From the IMG/VR virus record IMGVR_UViG_3300045988_168112: a stretch of DNA of 64,000 nucleotides; one strand, given 5' to 3'. Within the stretch, counting starts at the first letter, position 1. Each line of letters starts with the position of its first letter. This document shows positions 37,001 to 46,295 of this stretch, piece after piece. This DNA is from a virus. The notes under the pieces are model-generated. The model saw only the letters and a program-made list of their open reading frames with translations, ran no database searches and was not told the DNA's origin. The position numbers were made by a program, and so were the translations under genes.

Positions 37001-40000
37001 TTGAAATTCCCAGTCTTTGTGTTGTAATGCTGCTTGCTTACACTGTAAGACATATTTACTGGAGAAATGTACATTTGCACTATTCCATCCGTATTCGTCG
37101 TTCCTGTCTGATTGACGGACATCCCACTGAATGTTACTGATGCACCGCTTAACTCACCGTATAAATTAGAGGTGATATATACCGGAATTCTCTTCGAGCA
37201 TGTATATACAAGGTCTTTTGTTTTTGTGTCAGAATAATTTAACGTCGCTACGGCTCCGTTACCTTCGTAAAAAGTGACTGGCTGTATCTGGAAACGCTCT
37301 GCAATACCTGCATACACGGTTTTTACAAATCTTCCGTTTGCGTCCGTCGTTACATTATCACCGGATGATTCGCCATTATCATTGTAATAACATGCAAGAA
37401 TCATCCCGGCTTTTACCGGATTTGCTGTTGTCGTGGAAATAGAAGGTATTATTTCCTTTACCGTATAAGTGACTGAAATCGTTCTTCTTACTACCGTGGG
37501 GGAAATCGTATTGTTTACCGGAAGAACAATATCCCATGTTTTGTTATTAAAATTACTGTTTCCTCCTCCGAATGTGATATTATATCTTCCTGGGGGTATG
37601 TTGAACTGTCCGTTTCCTTTGGATGTAAATACACCATTTTCATTAGTTGTTCCGGTAAAACTATATGCTTGTGATGGTGTGCCGCCCCAATTACTCACGG
37701 CTGTTACTGGACAGTTTACTGCTACCGATTCATAAGGCTCCATGCTTTTTAGGTTTACGGTCATTGTTATTTCCGCATACCCCATGATTATGTCTATATA
37801 ATCGGCTGACAATGGAGGTGTAAACGTACCTGTCTTGTCCGTATGGTCTGCTACTGTACATTCATAGCTCATTGCAATAGGTGAGATGTACACGCTTGCC
37901 GAACCGTCACTTCCGGATGTCACTGTTTGAGGCAAAGACATTCCGGACACGGTTATTTCCGCACCTTCAAGCGGTCTTAACGTGTTCTGCTGTTTTACCC
38001 TTAATTCTACTTTCTTTGAACATGTGATTTCCATAAGCGTAGGTACACTCGCTCCGAAACCCCAATTCTTAATCAGTAAACCGTTGTTCTCATAGAAACC
38101 TTTCTCTTTTATTGTCAACTGATAATCAATACCCGGCATTACTTCCGGAAATATCTTTCCTGCCGCATTCGTCGTATATTCTCGTACATTATCGTTGAAC
38201 ATGTTCTTTACTGAAACAACAATTCCAGCCTTGACCGGATTGAAGTTCAGAGCGGCTTTCTGTTCGGCAGCTATCTTTACAGTTACCTGGCTTACCGGAG
38301 TCGTTATCGTCACATCCACATAGAAAGTTCTCGGCTGTGCATCACGTGTCACATTCGGCTGCACTGTCAACATCGTACCTTCCAAAGAAGCTATTTCGTC
38401 ATTTGACACGTTGAATACCAATTCTGCACCTCCGCTTGCAAAATCATATGGCTCGTCCTCACCGCCAATTTCTGCACGTCGAAAAGTTTTTACATGTTCC
38501 ATCAAATCAAACGTCACTCCTTTGTTAGGAACAACGAAGTTTTCCGGTGTATGAACTATGTAATAATAACTGTCATTAGATAACGTCTCAGTCGTATTTT
38601 CACCACTGAATCTTACTGTAGTAGCATCACCGGACACACCGGGAATATTCTCTATTACATCAACTTCCGGTTCGATTTCCCTTCTTGTCATAGTAAAAGG
38701 AAGGTCTATATCCTTCAATTTTTCAAGCGTTATCGACTGGTTTTCTACCGCATCATAATATCTGTGTGTCGCATTCCAAGTGTATTCCCCTGCTTCCGCT
38801 CCAAGCTGCAATACGCCTATATCATTCGTATAACCGGAATCCACTTTAATTCCGGTCCCCTTGTTTATCAATTCGATATATACACCGGAAATAGGAGTCT
38901 TCGTTATCGCGTCCGTTGCAGTGTATGTTATTACAGTATCTCTCAATTCAAGATAAATAGTTTCTACAACATCTTGGTCTTTAATTACAACTTGTCCAGT
39001 GTATCTTTTATAATTTCTTTGAGTAACTACATAATCATGAGTTCCATTACCAAGAGTTACAGTTGCTACACCATTTATATTTGTAATTTTTGTTTCTTCA
39101 TTGATATTCAATTCAGCACCTTGAATATAATTACCATTCTCGATATCACGAACAATTAGTTTTAATGTATAGAATGCCTTGTTTAATTTGATAATCTTAG
39201 ATATAGGTGCATCATCCACAACAATAAAGTCTGAATACGACATATAACCGCTTCTAAACACTGTATAAGTAAATGTACCGTTCGGTAAGCTTACAATAAC
39301 TACACCATGTTCGTCTGTTAGATATGTAGATTCGTTAATTGAAACTGTTGCATTAGGAATCACCATATCATTTTCTGAATCAAGAACAGTAAATTTAACC
39401 TCATAGGGAATAGCATCAAGCTCAACAAGAATACAATTCGGTTTTTCTCCTACTATATCAATTGTTTCGTTGTACTCTTGATATCCTTCTTTCATTACAC
39501 GCATCTCATATTGACCTACCTGAAGTCCCATTTGAGCTTGTCCTTCATTGTCAGTTCTTTGAGTTGTATTTGTAACTGTAATATCTGCTTGAGGTACATA
39601 AATACTTCTTCTTCTATCAATAACAGCGAAATTGACTGTCAATGATTCAAGAAACATTCTTTCAAAGATTTCTACTGGTTTATTTTCAACAGTCAAAACA
39701 CTTTCAATGGTTTTAAATCCAGCTTTTGATACTGTATAACTATATGTTCCAGGTTCTAAATCTACAGAAGCTATACCTGTATCATCAGTTTCAAGAGTAT
39801 TAATTCCAATCTTGATTTCTGCACCTTCCATAGGAGCTTCACCTTCGTATATCGTGAAAGTCACTTTATAAGGGGTTGCTTCAAAATTATTAATCGTTAT
39901 AAAAATTGGACCATTTAATACTACAAATTCACCAGTCTGTTGAATCCAGTTTGCTTTATTCAATGTATATGTATATTCACCATTTTCAAGTAATACGTTA

Positions 40001-41319
40001 GCAGTACCAGATTCATCTGTTGTAATAACTTTGTTCCCAATAGTAATAAACGCACCAGGAACTGCAACATTCTTCAATGTAGTTACAGTAAATGAAACAA
40101 GATATTTCTGAGAAAGAATTGCAGATTGTGAACCTTTATAAATATCACTCTCTCCTGCTGGATAAAAAATATTAGAAAGACTACTACCAGAATCATATAA
40201 AATGTTTCCTTCCAAGTCTCGCATTCTGAATCCTTTGATACGAGGTAACATATTCAAAGGAACTTCTTCGTCAAAGTAAGGAAAGAAATATTCATCCGGC
40301 ACATATTTCACACCTTCCGCAGTTTTAACGACTTGAAGTAAATCATCCCATTGTACAACTTTTCCTGCTTCCCAAAAACGGAAATCAAGATACTTCGTCA
40401 TAGCAATTTGGATATTCTTTCTTGCATCAGCAATATTTATATTAGGAGATAATTCAACACGGAAATCAATACCTTGTTCTCCTCCAACATACATCCATTT
40501 TGCATTTTCAAGAATAATACCTACTGATTCACCTGATAAATTTAATTCAGTTAAACCAAAATAAGGAGTAGCTTTTTCAAGTAATTCTTCAAGCTCATCA
40601 TCTGTAAAGAAAGAACCATTCTGAGTTACAAGATAAATATGAGTCTTTCCATCTTCACCTAATCCTACATTCATAACCTTCAGAATTCTATCATCAAGGT
40701 CTTGGAAAATCTGTGTCCAAGATTCCACTGTTTCTTCTGAAAGTCTGTTATTGTAATTTATAATTCTGTTTCTAAAAGTCTCGTCATCTTCATAATCACG
40801 TCCACCAATAGCTGCATATTCGTTAGTACATTCTATATGCGTCAATGGTCTTGGAGAAACTTGTGTAATACTATTAGCTTCTACATTCGTAGCAGAACCA
40901 GTGATTACACTTCTTACACTTACATATCCATAACCAGAATTATCAACTGTAAACGGTTTATCTACAACGAATCTGATACCATTCTTAGAAATAAAAGTTG
41001 TACCTACTTCATATAATGTTCCAGGTTCAGCATATACTCTTATATAAGTAGATGAGCCAAGAGCTTGTTTTCGAGGACTTACACCAAACAATGCTGCTGA
41101 TTTATCCAGATATGTACCAGTTGCAGATGTAGGAAATATCTGTGCTTCTACAATAGCAATATCTTTAATTGCTTTTTGAGCAACTTTTGCAGTACCAAAT
41201 GCAACTGCATTCAACACTGAACCATCTGCTATGTTAGAAACCTTATCTGTTTTGTTTAAAAACATTTCAATCCACAAATTCTTCAGATTTGCGATTGTGT
41301 TACTTACCTTTGTTATCAT
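31057..41319 (-). CDS. giant baseplate-J-like / tail-fibre fusion protein (3,420 aa)
   Basis: The N-terminal ~390 aa resemble the Baseplate_J (P2 gpJ / T4 gp6) family (GSVLNAVAFGTAKVAQKAI...TSATGTYLDKSAALFGVSPRKQA). Dozens of CarboxypepD_reg-like beta-sandwich repeats follow, then five larger ~165-aa modules, then a C-terminal ~510-aa cassette inside the invertible segment. Confidence 0.85.
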   Translation of the reverse strand: MITKVSNTIANLKNLWIEMFLNKTDKVSNIADGSVLNAVAFGTAKVAQKAIKDIAIVEAQIFPTSATGTYLDKSAALFGVSPRKQALGSSTYIRVYAEPGTLYEVGTTFISKNGIRFVVDKPFTVDNSGYGYVSVRSVITGSATNVEANSITQVSPRPLTHIECTNEYAAIGGRDYEDDETFRNRIINYNNRLSEETVESWTQIFQDLDDRILKVMNVGLGEDGKTHIYLVTQNGSFFTDDELEELLEKATPYFGLTELNLSGESVGIILENAKWMYVGGEQGIDFRVELSPNINIADARKNIQIAMTKYLDFRFWEAGKVVQWDDLLQVVKTAEGVKYVPDEYFFPYFDEEVPLNMLPRIKGFRMRDLEGNILYDSGSSLSNIFYPAGESDIYKGSQSAILSQKYLVSFTVTTLKNVAVPGAFITIGNKVITTDESGTANVLLENGEYTYTLNKANWIQQTGEFVVLNGPIFITINNFEATPYKVTFTIYEGEAPMEGAEIKIGINTLETDDTGIASVDLEPGTYSYTVSKAGFKTIESVLTVENKPVEIFERMFLESLTVNFAVIDRRRSIYVPQADITVTNTTQRTDNEGQAQMGLQVGQYEMRVMKEGYQEYNETIDIVGEKPNCILVELDAIPYEVKFTVLDSENDMVIPNATVSINESTYLTDEHGVVIVSLPNGTFTYTVFRSGYMSYSDFIVVDDAPISKIIKLNKAFYTLKLIVRDIENGNYIQGAELNINEETKITNINGVATVTLGNGTHDYVVTQRNYKRYTGQVVIKDQDVVETIYLELRDTVITYTATDAITKTPISGVYIELINKGTGIKVDSGYTNDIGVLQLGAEAGEYTWNATHRYYDAVENQSITLEKLKDIDLPFTMTRREIEPEVDVIENIPGVSGDATTVRFSGENTTETLSNDSYYYIVHTPENFVVPNKGVTFDLMEHVKTFRRAEIGGEDEPYDFASGGAELVFNVSNDEIASLEGTMLTVQPNVTRDAQPRTFYVDVTITTPVSQVTVKIAAEQKAALNFNPVKAGIVVSVKNMFNDNVREYTTNAAGKIFPEVMPGIDYQLTIKEKGFYENNGLLIKNWGFGASVPTLMEITCSKKVELRVKQQNTLRPLEGAEITVSGMSLPQTVTSGSDGSASVYISPIAMSYECTVADHTDKTGTFTPPLSADYIDIIMGYAEITMTVNLKSMEPYESVAVNCPVTAVSNWGGTPSQAYSFTGTTNENGVFTSKGNGQFNIPPGRYNITFGGGNSNFNNKTWDIVLPVNNTISPTVVRRTISVTYTVKEIIPSISTTTANPVKAGMILACYYNDNGESSGDNVTTDANGRFVKTVYAGIAERFQIQPVTFYEGNGAVATLNYSDTKTKDLVYTCSKRIPVYITSNLYGELSGASVTFSGMSVNQTGTTNTDGIVQMYISPVNMSYSVSKQHYNTKTGNFKPTGTETRMDIELEAKEYPVTFHVSTQGVLPPDGILVRVTNNVLPDMVFEGETNTEGTIVMPNVPVGEYTYEVLAGEVSSDTFSHPQSESGTVLDVEVQYELINAGIQVSEVYGTAGRAYLSNQTITMTSKAGTIKLTLDENGYTNQLLIKNLEYTFTTDSYPSFYSNPTQSYTWTEDGVIWPFDLNVTSKITVNVKDVYAKNNIQGVTVTYNEQMVTTDASGNASLFRSALEKDYSLDKEDYSTVNGTIAPTTASPLNVTMLRNKHVVTVQQYEVIPGGASVILDGGYNFTLSYTSAAGNGTITSGTNTFEAYLGIPITFAVIAENRRVFYSNPTQTHTFTTAGEVWNMNLTCAKQITVNVKDNVPGQNIQGATVNYFTQTKTTDASGNAVFYWSGSDPRNISVSAANLESYTGQIRFDSTSPFNIVMTRAANPVTLVVREITPAQTTYYQNLQIKYTAGSATGTLTTNASGAVTFNGYIGTEMTFTVVGHPEFYSNPTQKHTYTAANQSWTMDLTVTAKITINVKSNVPSGTNLSGATVSYFHQTGTTDSSGNVSLYRSSVTRNVDITATYHGNYRGSITSDTASPFNAVMTRSTATVSLGVSEEVLFKSQYVLEIKTSTGATSPGLGGFYFGTPTAANKEFVVFFHAKIPTGYSLFFQSNATGTGGSATRRWLTDNKGTGVWTWYAHYIRCGASGSFSTTNFFNLDGGSKPVTWQIDTASVFDISGSNSQNKSYAEITQICTVDKMVSANKDFLFSNGSNNINVYNNESTDAVTITRKAFPSNTFGWTVALYSSMKMNFSPAASTSPLTLDTNGNVSFVCYLGTPVTFTPVTRPNYYSNPNTALTYTAAGQVRTIQLICNQKIVINTVANIYNTSNALSGTITYFGQTLPSGGSFYRSGLDRQMTATAQYFNNYVGTVTATQTSPYTVTMNRTTRTVTLTVVEKVPNITATHPLGSAVIVRSVPTGSNAPAGEITLDASGKKTNTVYAGINYTYTPKNNASYYSNASQEWTWVSENQSWTMTLNVTARLTFNIKSSNYGTNISGVSCSYLGQTGTTDSSGNWTVYRSGINRGYSFSKTNYNALSGTLSATQASPLNLKMSETSSSITITMKDYYQNAVKGNANGCPVTLTNKSLSSVTFAGTTNSSGQVSFGPMIAGSYTLSWGGGTSYWVNGSTTITMPTATTTQNAVRLTKSVAVVFRIRVPLSTPLLGWWRVNTLVKPIFTTAGVATTVTLTQNSAKTVYYYGTYTFIAGITTNIAAYKASYYVTGTTTTETTYNITPNYNFSNIGHNSDATAFYSTAIKSIVVTVQNSYTNAAVSGATIKVYGINGDSSDSNNYATQTVTTNSSGQATIYVSGTTMRYVVSATRYVTLNTTNTNTSNFTIKLVPSEVTITITVKDASTGTSVGSGVIVKLSSNNTSTAYSGTTNTSGQVVLTIKPGNYWWEAGGSTTWGGNGTGDWNYPNRSTTAISLIKDQSITIEALKVGVWVSNRRVEQYYSYIDNYYKPFKGAYTGIVNLASEESKLYAVSNSFGIVFFVTTGTKSYTLGRSVYLSGSSFETYYIAKLYKKDETNLWYNNSSIYVSTNAMTKYLGVSISHPVYNFDSTKLPVITYIHYVIDAVICWTATQVRRYYSVNDAWTFTSSDLYYSNNAISDQYKYFNNYSVRKYASVIKTMPRSNGRIKSYMIGTHSNYEFIVVSISEQYVSNNILNFSDLPGYPYKDEGRVEHMGWLTLISDNEKVVILVKSQDRSYGTTYAQFYYGIWKSSLGEYGDDLESVRNWSCYYNIPSAITSVIGGDYWVSPDLKWLFYISLNRANYQGFSKGLHIIKGSSALFGENGWTGVSYEMEGGGTDILNACQNYYILDVQFNNKSNKIIVFGNSSKGAFTNPSSTYSYAEGIQPDIILYFIWVENQKKFVRLNSSYIGGDALWNDYSNSTSGGKGNIYKPLINFVNGEINFMYPGGNEPLNAYRYNLSFGD
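32526..32588. repeat. right arm (IR-R) of the perfect 63-bp inverted repeat, inside the giant fibre ORF
   Basis: Reverse complement of 29497-29559. It encodes (A)ISLIKDQSITIEALKVGVWV(S) at codons 2911-2931 of the 3,420-aa ORF. Confidence 0.95.
33700..36800 (-). repeat. five tandem ~500-bp coding modules within the giant fibre gene
   Basis: The block (F/Y)YSNP(T/N)Q..T(W/F/Y)T recurs at about 36,500, 36,010, 35,510, 34,480 and 33,985. Each is followed by (I/L)T(V/I/F)N(V/I)K...G(A/V)(T/S)(V/C).Y..QT.TTD(A/S)SGN. Some DNA stretches are identical between modules, for example GCGTTTCCGCTTGCATCCGTCGT at about 35,832 and about 36,330. Coordinates are approximate. Confidence 0.6.
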
Positions 41320-41325
41320 AACATG

Positions 41326-42228
41326 TTATATTGGAACATTAATTAAAAAATCTTCTTTTGTCACTGTAGTAGCTCTTACTTTCATAAAGATACTATCCTC
41401 AACCTTCTTCAAGTCAATCAATTCAGCACTCGCCCAACGATTATCTCTTTGGAACATATTCATCAATGATTTAAATATAATCGGATATTGAATCGCATTT
41501 GTAGTCTGACCAATAAAATCAGAAGGAAGGCCGTAATCAGTAAATTCAGGAATACAACCTTTAACTGCTTCAAGAATAATCTGAAGAGCTTGTTCCATAG
41601 ATTTTTGGAATTTAATAATCTTCAAATCTTCATTCTCAAATACAAATTCAATCGATAAATCCTTACCAAGAATATTCTCATTCACTAAGGTATCAACCAC
41701 ATTATCAACATAATTAATACCTACATTCTTTAAATTCACAGAAAAAGTATTACTACCATGACCAGTAACATAATCTTCTTCAATTATATATTGAGGTACA
41801 ACTATATCTACCCAATCATCTTCAGGATTTTCCAATTCAAGTTGTTCAGATACAGTTTCAAATGTCTCACCAGTTCTTAATTGTTTTTCTAATTGCAAGG
41901 TATTTGTTCTTCCTACAGAAGCACTTCTTAACCATCTATCAGAATTCTTTATAGTTGTCAACTTTGTAACAATTTCAGAAAAATTTTCAAGAAGTTCCCA
42001 CATAGAAATATCGTCCAACTTATTCTCATGTAATTGAAATAATGGTTCAACAATATTAATCTGTGCAATTAATTTGTCTAACTCATAAAAAGAATCTGCA
42101 TTAATCTCCCCACCCTGATAATAATCCACAATATAAGGATAATATTCAGAGCAAAAATCAACGTAGGATTGAAAGAAATCTTTTATATTGTATCCTGTAA
42201 CTGAAAGAAACTTTTCGTACATATCCAT
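41326..42228 (-). CDS. baseplate protein (unassigned)
   Basis: 300 aa. It sits directly upstream of the Baseplate_J-like gene. The call rests on position only. Confidence 0.35.
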   Translation of the reverse strand: MDMYEKFLSVTGYNIKDFFQSYVDFCSEYYPYIVDYYQGGEINADSFYELDKLIAQINIVEPLFQLHENKLDDISMWELLENFSEIVTKLTTIKNSDRWLRSASVGRTNTLQLEKQLRTGETFETVSEQLELENPEDDWVDIVVPQYIIEEDYVTGHGSNTFSVNLKNVGINYVDNVVDTLVNENILGKDLSIEFVFENEDLKIIKFQKSMEQALQIILEAVKGCIPEFTDYGLPSDFIGQTTNAIQYPIIFKSLMNMFQRDNRWASAELIDLKKVEDSIFMKVRATTVTKEDFLINVPI

Positions 42229-42230
42229 AG

Positions 42231-43007
42231 CTACAAAATATTAGCGATTGTCGCAGCGAGGTCATTAACTCCTTTTTGAATTGCACCTGCTGCACAAATT
42301 TTTGTCAAAGCTGTTTTTGCTTTTTTAGCTCCTGCTACAGATTCTAAAGGGGCAATCGCAGTCATTGATAAATTATAATCCCATATCATATTCCTTTGAA
42401 TATTTTGAGAAAAAGATAGTCCTGCTGGTGGTATTACAACTAAATAACTCTCACCTAAAGCCATATTATAGAAGTATAATCTCAATGGTAAACCCAATTG
42501 GTCTACTCCATTACTTTTTGAAATTATAGCTTGCAATATTTTTATACATCCATATCCAGTTTTAATACCAGCATCAAAAGATGCAGATTTTAAGCTATTA
42601 GTACTTTTTCCAGAAATATCTGTCAACGACCATTTACCTGCCGACATACTATAAGCTGCACCCGTCAAACTACTCGCAGCTCCTCCTAACGATAATAAAA
42701 TTTTAAAAGTCCTACCGAAATCTCCTCTAATGTTTATTTGTTGAGGAGTAAAAGTCGGTGAACTCAATACAGTTATTCCACCTGCAGTATTCCTTATCGT
42801 TTCTCTCTTAGGTTCAGTTTTAGTTATACTATTTGGATTAATAGGAAAAGTGAAAAAGTCAATTGTGTTATTCTGAGAATCAGCTAATTCAAGTGTACAA
42901 AGATATACCTCAAAATCATTTGGAAATTGAGATGCTAACACTGCTCGTCCTGCAGTTTCAATAATCCCTGATGCTTTTTGAATTGCTGATTGTGCTAAAC
43001 TTGCCAT
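42231..43007 (-). CDS. baseplate protein (unassigned)
   Basis: 258 aa. The call rests on position in the baseplate block. A TATCTTTA box (43029-43036) lies 22 nt upstream but has no TTG at -33. Confidence 0.35.
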   Translation of the reverse strand: MASLAQSAIQKASGIIETAGRAVLASQFPNDFEVYLCTLELADSQNNTIDFFTFPINPNSITKTEPKRETIRNTAGGITVLSSPTFTPQQINIRGDFGRTFKILLSLGGAASSLTGAAYSMSAGKWSLTDISGKSTNSLKSASFDAGIKTGYGCIKILQAIISKSNGVDQLGLPLRLYFYNMALGESYLVVIPPAGLSFSQNIQRNMIWDYNLSMTAIAPLESVAGAKKAKTALTKICAAGAIQKGVNDLAATIANIL

Positions 43008-43048
43008 ATAATACTTTTCTTTATCGCCTAAAGATACGAATTATTTCA

Positions 43049-44095
43049 TTAATCTGAAAAAGTTACCGTGCTTTTTATACCATCAAATTGTAATGGATTT
43101 ACTGCTGCTACTGCACCTACACCTGCACCAAATCCGGCTTTACCTCCATCCATCGCTGCCGAACCTGCAAGTGCTGTTTGCCATGCGTTCTTTAGCGTCA
43201 TTATCTGATTTTCCACATTATTCAACATTTGAATAAGTGTATTTGCTAATGTCAATGGTTCTTTAGCACCATTTATTTCTACTTTTTGTCCGGTTATGAG
43301 TTTAATTAAATTTCGAGTTAACTGAACTTGTTCTTCATCATTGTTGAAACCAATTATCAAATTACCATCATCTATCGTTATATGTTCCTGTTTATCATGT
43401 AAATTGATATCTATTTGATTGTCATCTATCAATAAATGTGTTTCTTTTTGATTTGTTCTTCTATACAAATCAAATTTTTCCATATCAAAAACTATCTTTC
43501 GAACTTCTTCACCTGGACTTTCAACTTCTTTTTTGACATTGACTATCTCAGCTTCTATTGATTTGTATCCTGTGACTTTAACTTTTTCAGATGCTTTAAG
43601 TTCAATTTCTCCTGAAGATTGTAATCGAATTTTATGCTCTACATTTCCACCCATAGTGATATTCAAATTAATCGGTTTAGCTTTACCGACTAAATTCAAA
43701 TTCCACTCTCTATTAATTGGGTCCATACAAAACAACATGTCTGTATCTTCAGATGTCTTTCTAAATCTTTGAATTTCTTCTGACCAAGCAAATATTTCAT
43801 CATTACCTTGTAGAGTTCCAATTATTATTGGTTGGTTTCTGAATGCACCTGATGCTATTACAACTTGAGTTCCTTTTTCACCTGGCTCTTCAGGAAATTG
43901 AATATTTTGTATAGCTTCATTTGTAATATAGACATCAGTCTTAAAAAGACCTCCTTCTACAAGAACACAAACTTTGTTCGTTCTGTAACATGTTTCTATA
44001 TAAGAATCTCTATCTATTTGAGTGGGAATCATTATATAACCAGTTGTCACTGGTCCCAAATCATTATATTGAAATTTAGGTTTATTTCCAGCCAT
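43049..44095 (-). CDS. baseplate central spike / hub-like protein (tentative)
   Basis: 348 aa. The N-terminal beta-rich region is followed by short repetitive beta-strand-like segments and a glycine/alanine-rich C-terminus. It lies between the post-tape-measure gene and the baseplate genes. Confidence 0.35.
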   Translation of the reverse strand: MAGNKPKFQYNDLGPVTTGYIMIPTQIDRDSYIETCYRTNKVCVLVEGGLFKTDVYITNEAIQNIQFPEEPGEKGTQVVIASGAFRNQPIIIGTLQGNDEIFAWSEEIQRFRKTSEDTDMLFCMDPINREWNLNLVGKAKPINLNITMGGNVEHKIRLQSSGEIELKASEKVKVTGYKSIEAEIVNVKKEVESPGEEVRKIVFDMEKFDLYRRTNQKETHLLIDDNQIDINLHDKQEHITIDDGNLIIGFNNDEEQVQLTRNLIKLITGQKVEINGAKEPLTLANTLIQMLNNVENQIMTLKNAWQTALAGSAAMDGGKAGFGAGVGAVAAVNPLQFDGIKSTVTFSD

Positions 44096-46293
44096 TATTT
44101 TAATCCTCCATACATTTTTCTATTCAAAAAATATTCAAATTGAGATTTGTTTACAATTGGACTCGTTGCTGTCGTCAGATTCCCTTGTTGAGCACTTTTT
44201 GCAGCTTGTTTAAGTTCTTTCAAATCCACAAGTTTGAAATACGATGGTTTAAAAGAACCTCCAGTAGGTGAAATAGCTTCGTTAATAGATGCATCACTTG
44301 CTCCAACTTGAGAATTATCTTGTCTCTTACTTGTACCTAACGTTGAACTTCCTTTAAGAATTGGAACATACATTCCTCTTTCAACTTGAATCGTTGTCCT
44401 TCTATCTATCCCTCCTTCAGTAAACGATACTTCATTTGAAACACTTAATACATAGAAGAATTCATTTGTACTTTCATTCAATACAAATGAACCAACTTTT
44501 ATTCTTCTATCTCCATTTATCACAATTGTTCCAGTCCTTGTGAACGGAAGATAAGCATTACTTTCAACTACATAAATAAGGTCGTTTAACAACGCTGCTT
44601 GCATTGTAACAAATTGTTCTGGTCCTTCATATCCATTTATCACTCGCATCTGAGCGTACATATCATTTATTTCCAATTTTCGATTGCCCCACAATTCTGC
44701 ATATTCATTCAAATAGACAATAGGTACAAAAGCAAGATTCACTTGTTGTTTATCTCCAAGAATGTTATTATTTTGAACATGAATTTGAAACCATGAATAT
44801 ATTCTCGAATCATAGCTTAAATTGTATGACAAAACATTATCTGGAGTTATCGTAATATAACCACCTTTCTCAAATACATCCATTATAGCATGTTCTGTAA
44901 ATGGTGGTTGTCTAACAATCAAGTCAATTGTATTTATATACGTATCAAAAAAGAATTCTACAAATGGATATTGACAACATCTACTCATATAATCCATCAA
45001 TGTTCCATTAGGATTTCCAATACTTGAATCGACAACAATCCTTTGTTGAACTTCAGGGCTCATATAAGTCTTGACAATCTGCCATATACCATTCACCTTT
45101 GCAGCTTCAAGTCCTTCAACTTGATAACTTTGAATTCTCTTATCTTTCCATGATTTGAACAATTCGTTCTTACAAACACCGATATTAGACATTATATTAA
45201 TTACAAACCAGATTATCTCATTGATTCTCTTGTATTTATAACTCCATATATAATTATAACTACCGGTAAGAACATTTCTTTTATACCAAGAATCTTGTGG
45301 ACGACCTAAATAGACCCAATGCTGTTTTGTATTTTCAACATCTATCAATGGAATGAAATAACTACCATCTTCTTCAAATAACTTAGAGATATCTCTACCG
45401 CTCACAGTTGTTGTTTTTACGTTGTCTTCTGATGAGTATTGAGTACTTGACTCATCAATAAAGCCAATCATATCCCATACGTTATATGAACCATCAGTTT
45501 CTGCAAGTTTGTTAGGTGAAACGAAAATTGTGTTTGCGTCTTCACTATCACTTTCACCTTCTAATTTTAGCCTCTCAAATCTTACAAAAACAATATCGTT
45601 AGCTTGCACAACTTTTTCAAGATAAGACTTAACATCATTTCCTTCCTTTGTCACTACATTAAAGACATCTTGATAACTTGCACCAAAAACATTTTCTTTC
45701 TTAGCATCCCTGAATGGAACTAATGTAAAACTAAAATCACCTGTTTTAAACGATTTATTTACATTACAATTCATAATGAATTGACTTACATCAATTACTG
45801 AATCAATCGATTTACAATAAATCCAAACACGTATATTTACAGGTTGAACTTTCGTATTTACATTGAATTCTTCATCGTAAGCAACTATATTGTCAGGAAC
45901 ATAATCTTCGTCAGCAAGTAACTTAGTCATATTATCACTCCAATAAGAAGGGAAATCTTCTTGAACAAGATATTGTTTGTCTTGGAAAATCTGTTCCAAT
46001 AATACATTGGTACCGTCTGAAGGAAATGATAACGACCAACCTGGTTTTATATATGGGAGATTCTTACTCTCATATTCACTTTTATATGTTTCTTTTTCGA
46101 AATCATCATAACTGGACCAAATTATTTCAAGATTAGTTAATCCATTCACTTCATTAGCGATATCCATGAATTCTTCTATGGTTATCTTCTTCTTGTCACT
46201 CTCATTCAATTTCGGTTGCCAAAAATCAATGAATGATTGAGGAGAGATTTTCTCTTTAGAATAGACTATATAATTTAACTGTTTCTTTGCCAT
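44095..46293 (-). CDS. tail-tip / baseplate hub structural protein (unassigned)
   Basis: 732 aa, immediately downstream of the tape measure gene. The call rests on position only. Confidence 0.35.
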   Translation of the reverse strand: MAKKQLNYIVYSKEKISPQSFIDFWQPKLNESDKKKITIEEFMDIANEVNGLTNLEIIWSSYDDFEKETYKSEYESKNLPYIKPGWSLSFPSDGTNVLLEQIFQDKQYLVQEDFPSYWSDNMTKLLADEDYVPDNIVAYDEEFNVNTKVQPVNIRVWIYCKSIDSVIDVSQFIMNCNVNKSFKTGDFSFTLVPFRDAKKENVFGASYQDVFNVVTKEGNDVKSYLEKVVQANDIVFVRFERLKLEGESDSEDANTIFVSPNKLAETDGSYNVWDMIGFIDESSTQYSSEDNVKTTTVSGRDISKLFEEDGSYFIPLIDVENTKQHWVYLGRPQDSWYKRNVLTGSYNYIWSYKYKRINEIIWFVINIMSNIGVCKNELFKSWKDKRIQSYQVEGLEAAKVNGIWQIVKTYMSPEVQQRIVVDSSIGNPNGTLMDYMSRCCQYPFVEFFFDTYINTIDLIVRQPPFTEHAIMDVFEKGGYITITPDNVLSYNLSYDSRIYSWFQIHVQNNNILGDKQQVNLAFVPIVYLNEYAELWGNRKLEINDMYAQMRVINGYEGPEQFVTMQAALLNDLIYVVESNAYLPFTRTGTIVINGDRRIKVGSFVLNESTNEFFYVLSVSNEVSFTEGGIDRRTTIQVERGMYVPILKGSSTLGTSKRQDNSQVGASDASINEAISPTGGSFKPSYFKLVDLKELKQAAKSAQQGNLTTATSPIVNKSQFEYFLNRKMYGGLK

Positions 46294-46295
46294 AA

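Noticed and set aside
23951-41319. A diversity-generating retroelement acting on the fibre genes
   Set aside because: There is no reverse transcriptase ORF in the window. I found no template/variable repeat pair with adenine-specific mismatches. The repeats seen are in-frame domain duplications.
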